Of a stretch of 38,121 nucleotides of DNA, positions 36,030-38,121 are shown piece by piece; within the stretch, counting starts at the first letter, position 1, and every line of letters starts with the position of its first letter. Both the position numbers and the translations under genes were made by a program. The notes beneath the pieces are model-generated. The model did no database searches, had not been told where the DNA came from, and worked only from the letters and a program-made list of their open reading frames with translations. Source of the stretch: Octopus sinensis (Eukaryota); the NCBI RefSeq assembly GCF_006345805.1, contig NW_021835838.1, positions 1 through 38,121 of the forward strand, written 5' to 3'.

Positions 36030-36225
36030 AAAAGCCTGGTACTTATTATACTGGGTCCTTTTGCAGAACCACCAAATTACGTGGACGTAAACACACCAGC
36101 ATCGCTTGTCAAGCGGTAGTGGGGGACAGAGACACAAATACACACACACTTGCCCAAGGTGCCACGCAGAGCGACTGAACCGGGAAATATATGGTAGGCA
36201 AGTGTCCTATCATACAGTCACACCT
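36030..36225 (-). mobile_element. SINE family A, old and internally deleted
   Basis: gacgtaaacacaccagcatcgcttgtcaagc..acacttgcccaaggtgccacgcagagcgactgaaccggg. Confidence 0.75.
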
Positions 36226-36689
36226 AGACAATAAAAAAGAGGGCTGTCAATTTTCATGATCAGGTTATAAGTGAGAAAGTGCAAAATGAAGACTAAAATT
36301 ATCATTTATCTATTTATACAAACTCTACGATACTATGGAATTTCTGATGCATACCAATTAGCAGGGGCATTTCCAATGTATGAGGACATATATACAAATA
36401 TACATACATACAGACAGACAGATATAGATACAAACATACAAATGTATTAATACCGCTATATAGGATATGTTTATACATAGATTTCACACACATACCTAGA
36501 TATATAAATATCTAAACGTTTATGTATATAGAAATATGTAAAATTTAAATATTATGCATGCATTCAGACATATATGAATATTATCCAGTGGCAGTGACCC
36601 ACCCTGCATACACCTTACTGGCTGAAACAAATGAAAAGATATATTTATAAATAAATAATTCAAACATTCGCACGCACGCACAGACACAC

Positions 36690-36763
<74 letters not shown>

Positions 36764-36925
36764 GATGGCATTATTACACATAAATGCCGCACGCTAGGAG
36801 GGACTCTTAAAGTCAAAACTACCAAAAAACATATCGTAACGAATGCAAGTCTTGAAGCGAGTCATTTAAAAACAGAATTTAGCTGCAGATCCTAGCGTGC
36901 GGCATTTATGTGTAATAATGCCCTC
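36764..36925. mobile_element. 162-bp MITE with 36-bp TIRs, inserted in (TA)n
   Basis: GATGGCATTATTACACATAAATGCCGCACGCTAGGA (36764-36799) vs TCCTAGCGTGCGGCATTTATGTGTAATAATGCCCTC (36890-36925): 35/36 complementary; TATA on both flanks. Confidence 0.9.
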
Positions 36926-37053
36926 TATATAATATAAATATATATATTCAAGTGGAAAAAATTTACAGATTTTTTCTCTTATGAGGTTTTTCTCGCTAAC
37001 TACTTGATAATTTCTTATGAGGATTTTATCCTATTTTAAAATTATATATATAG

Positions 37054-37161
37054 TTCTTTACTGCCCACAAGAGGCTAAACGTAGAGGGGACAAACAAGGA
37101 CAGACGAAACTGGTACTTTATTTATCGACCCCGAAAGGATGAAAGGCAAAGTTGACCTCAG
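37054..37161 (-). mobile_element. SINE family B, 3' fragment with internal deletion
   Basis: Reverse complement of 15575-15625 joined to 15660-15713. Confidence 0.85.
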
Positions 37162-37375
37162 ATATTAAAAACTTTTATCTGTCTATCAATATATCTATTT
37201 ATCGATTTATTTATCTCGTTCGGTAGTAAGCGATCCGTACGTATACGCATCTATACACACACACACACACACGGACACACGCGCGCATGCATGCACACAA
37301 ATTGCTCATAGACTTAAAACAACAAAGATGGACATAAAACGTACTTATTTCCACTTTTGTTTCAGTGTATAGCTT

Positions 37376-37377
<2 letters not shown>

Positions 37378-37448
<71 letters not shown>

Positions 37449-37576
37449 CCATAACAATGGCTAAAAGATATCGAAAATTAATTCGATTTCACTTCACGGT
37501 GGCTATCTGTCAAAATATAAAAGAACATTGGTAAAGGGTCGTGTTTTGTATACAGCACAAATTACATACATACATA

Positions 37577-37638
<62 letters not shown>

Positions 37639-37676
37639 TACATACACACATACATACACATGCACCCCACACAGCC

Positions 37677-37725
<49 letters not shown>
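37378..37725. repeat. (CT)n (37378-37443) and (CA/CATA)n (~37560-37725) microsatellites
   Basis: Directly visible. Confidence 0.95.
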
Positions 37726-37727
<2 letters not shown>

Positions 37728-37927
37728 ACTTAAATATATATATACATGTATGTGTGTGTGTGTTTTCGTAATATGGCTTTTTATCTCCTATCCCTTAAAC
37801 ACAGGTTTTTTTTTTATGTTGTTTCCATAAAGTGTATACGGCGTTTGTAAATGTTACTGAAGAAGCAGCCAACTAGTTCGACTTCTTTTTTGTCATTCTT
37901 CTTAATTTTTCAAACAGTTCAAACAAA

Positions 37928-38121
37928 TAGGCGCAGGAGTGGCTGTGTGGTAAGTAGCTTGCTAACCAACCACATGGTTCTGGTTCAGTCCCACTGCGTG
38001 GCATCTTGGGCAAGTGTCTTCTGCTATAGCCCCGGGCCGACAATGCCTTGTGAGTGATTTGGTAGACGGAAACTGAAAGAAGCCTGTCGTATATATGTAT
38101 ATATATATGTATGTGTTGTGT
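37928..38121 (+). mobile_element. SINE family A, 5' half, cut by the window end
   Basis: taggcgcaggagtggctgtgtggtaagtagcttgct..gtagacggaaactgaaagaagcctgtcg. Confidence 0.92.

Noticed and set aside
1-38121. CRISPR array, rRNA or prokaryotic operon
   Set aside because: No regularly spaced repeat-spacer array, no rRNA similarity, no dense coding; the sequence is eukaryotic repeat-rich DNA.

Overview
AT-rich, microsatellite-saturated animal genomic DNA with no prokaryotic features. The SINE families and repeat landscape look like a cephalopod, probably Octopus (from recall, not a database search). Most recognisable sequence is transposon debris: at least four tRNA-headed SINE families (about 17 copies or fragments), Penelope-like retroelements (two adjacent RT+GIY-YIG copies at 28.7-31.8 kb, a third GIY-YIG fragment, and several solo terminal-repeat pieces), R4/Dong-type and CR1-type LINE fragments, a decayed ~2.3 kb Tigger/pogo transposon, and two TIR-bounded MITEs, one carrying telomere-like (CCCTAA)n. 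Nearly all ORFs in the supplied track are microsatellite or antisense-TE artefacts. I recognise no host gene with confidence. The best non-TE candidates are a phase-compatible three-exon model on the minus strand at 20.4-22.6 kb (with an optional in-frame UAG) and a six-cysteine trefoil-like peptide frame at 16.7 kb. Both are hypotheses only.
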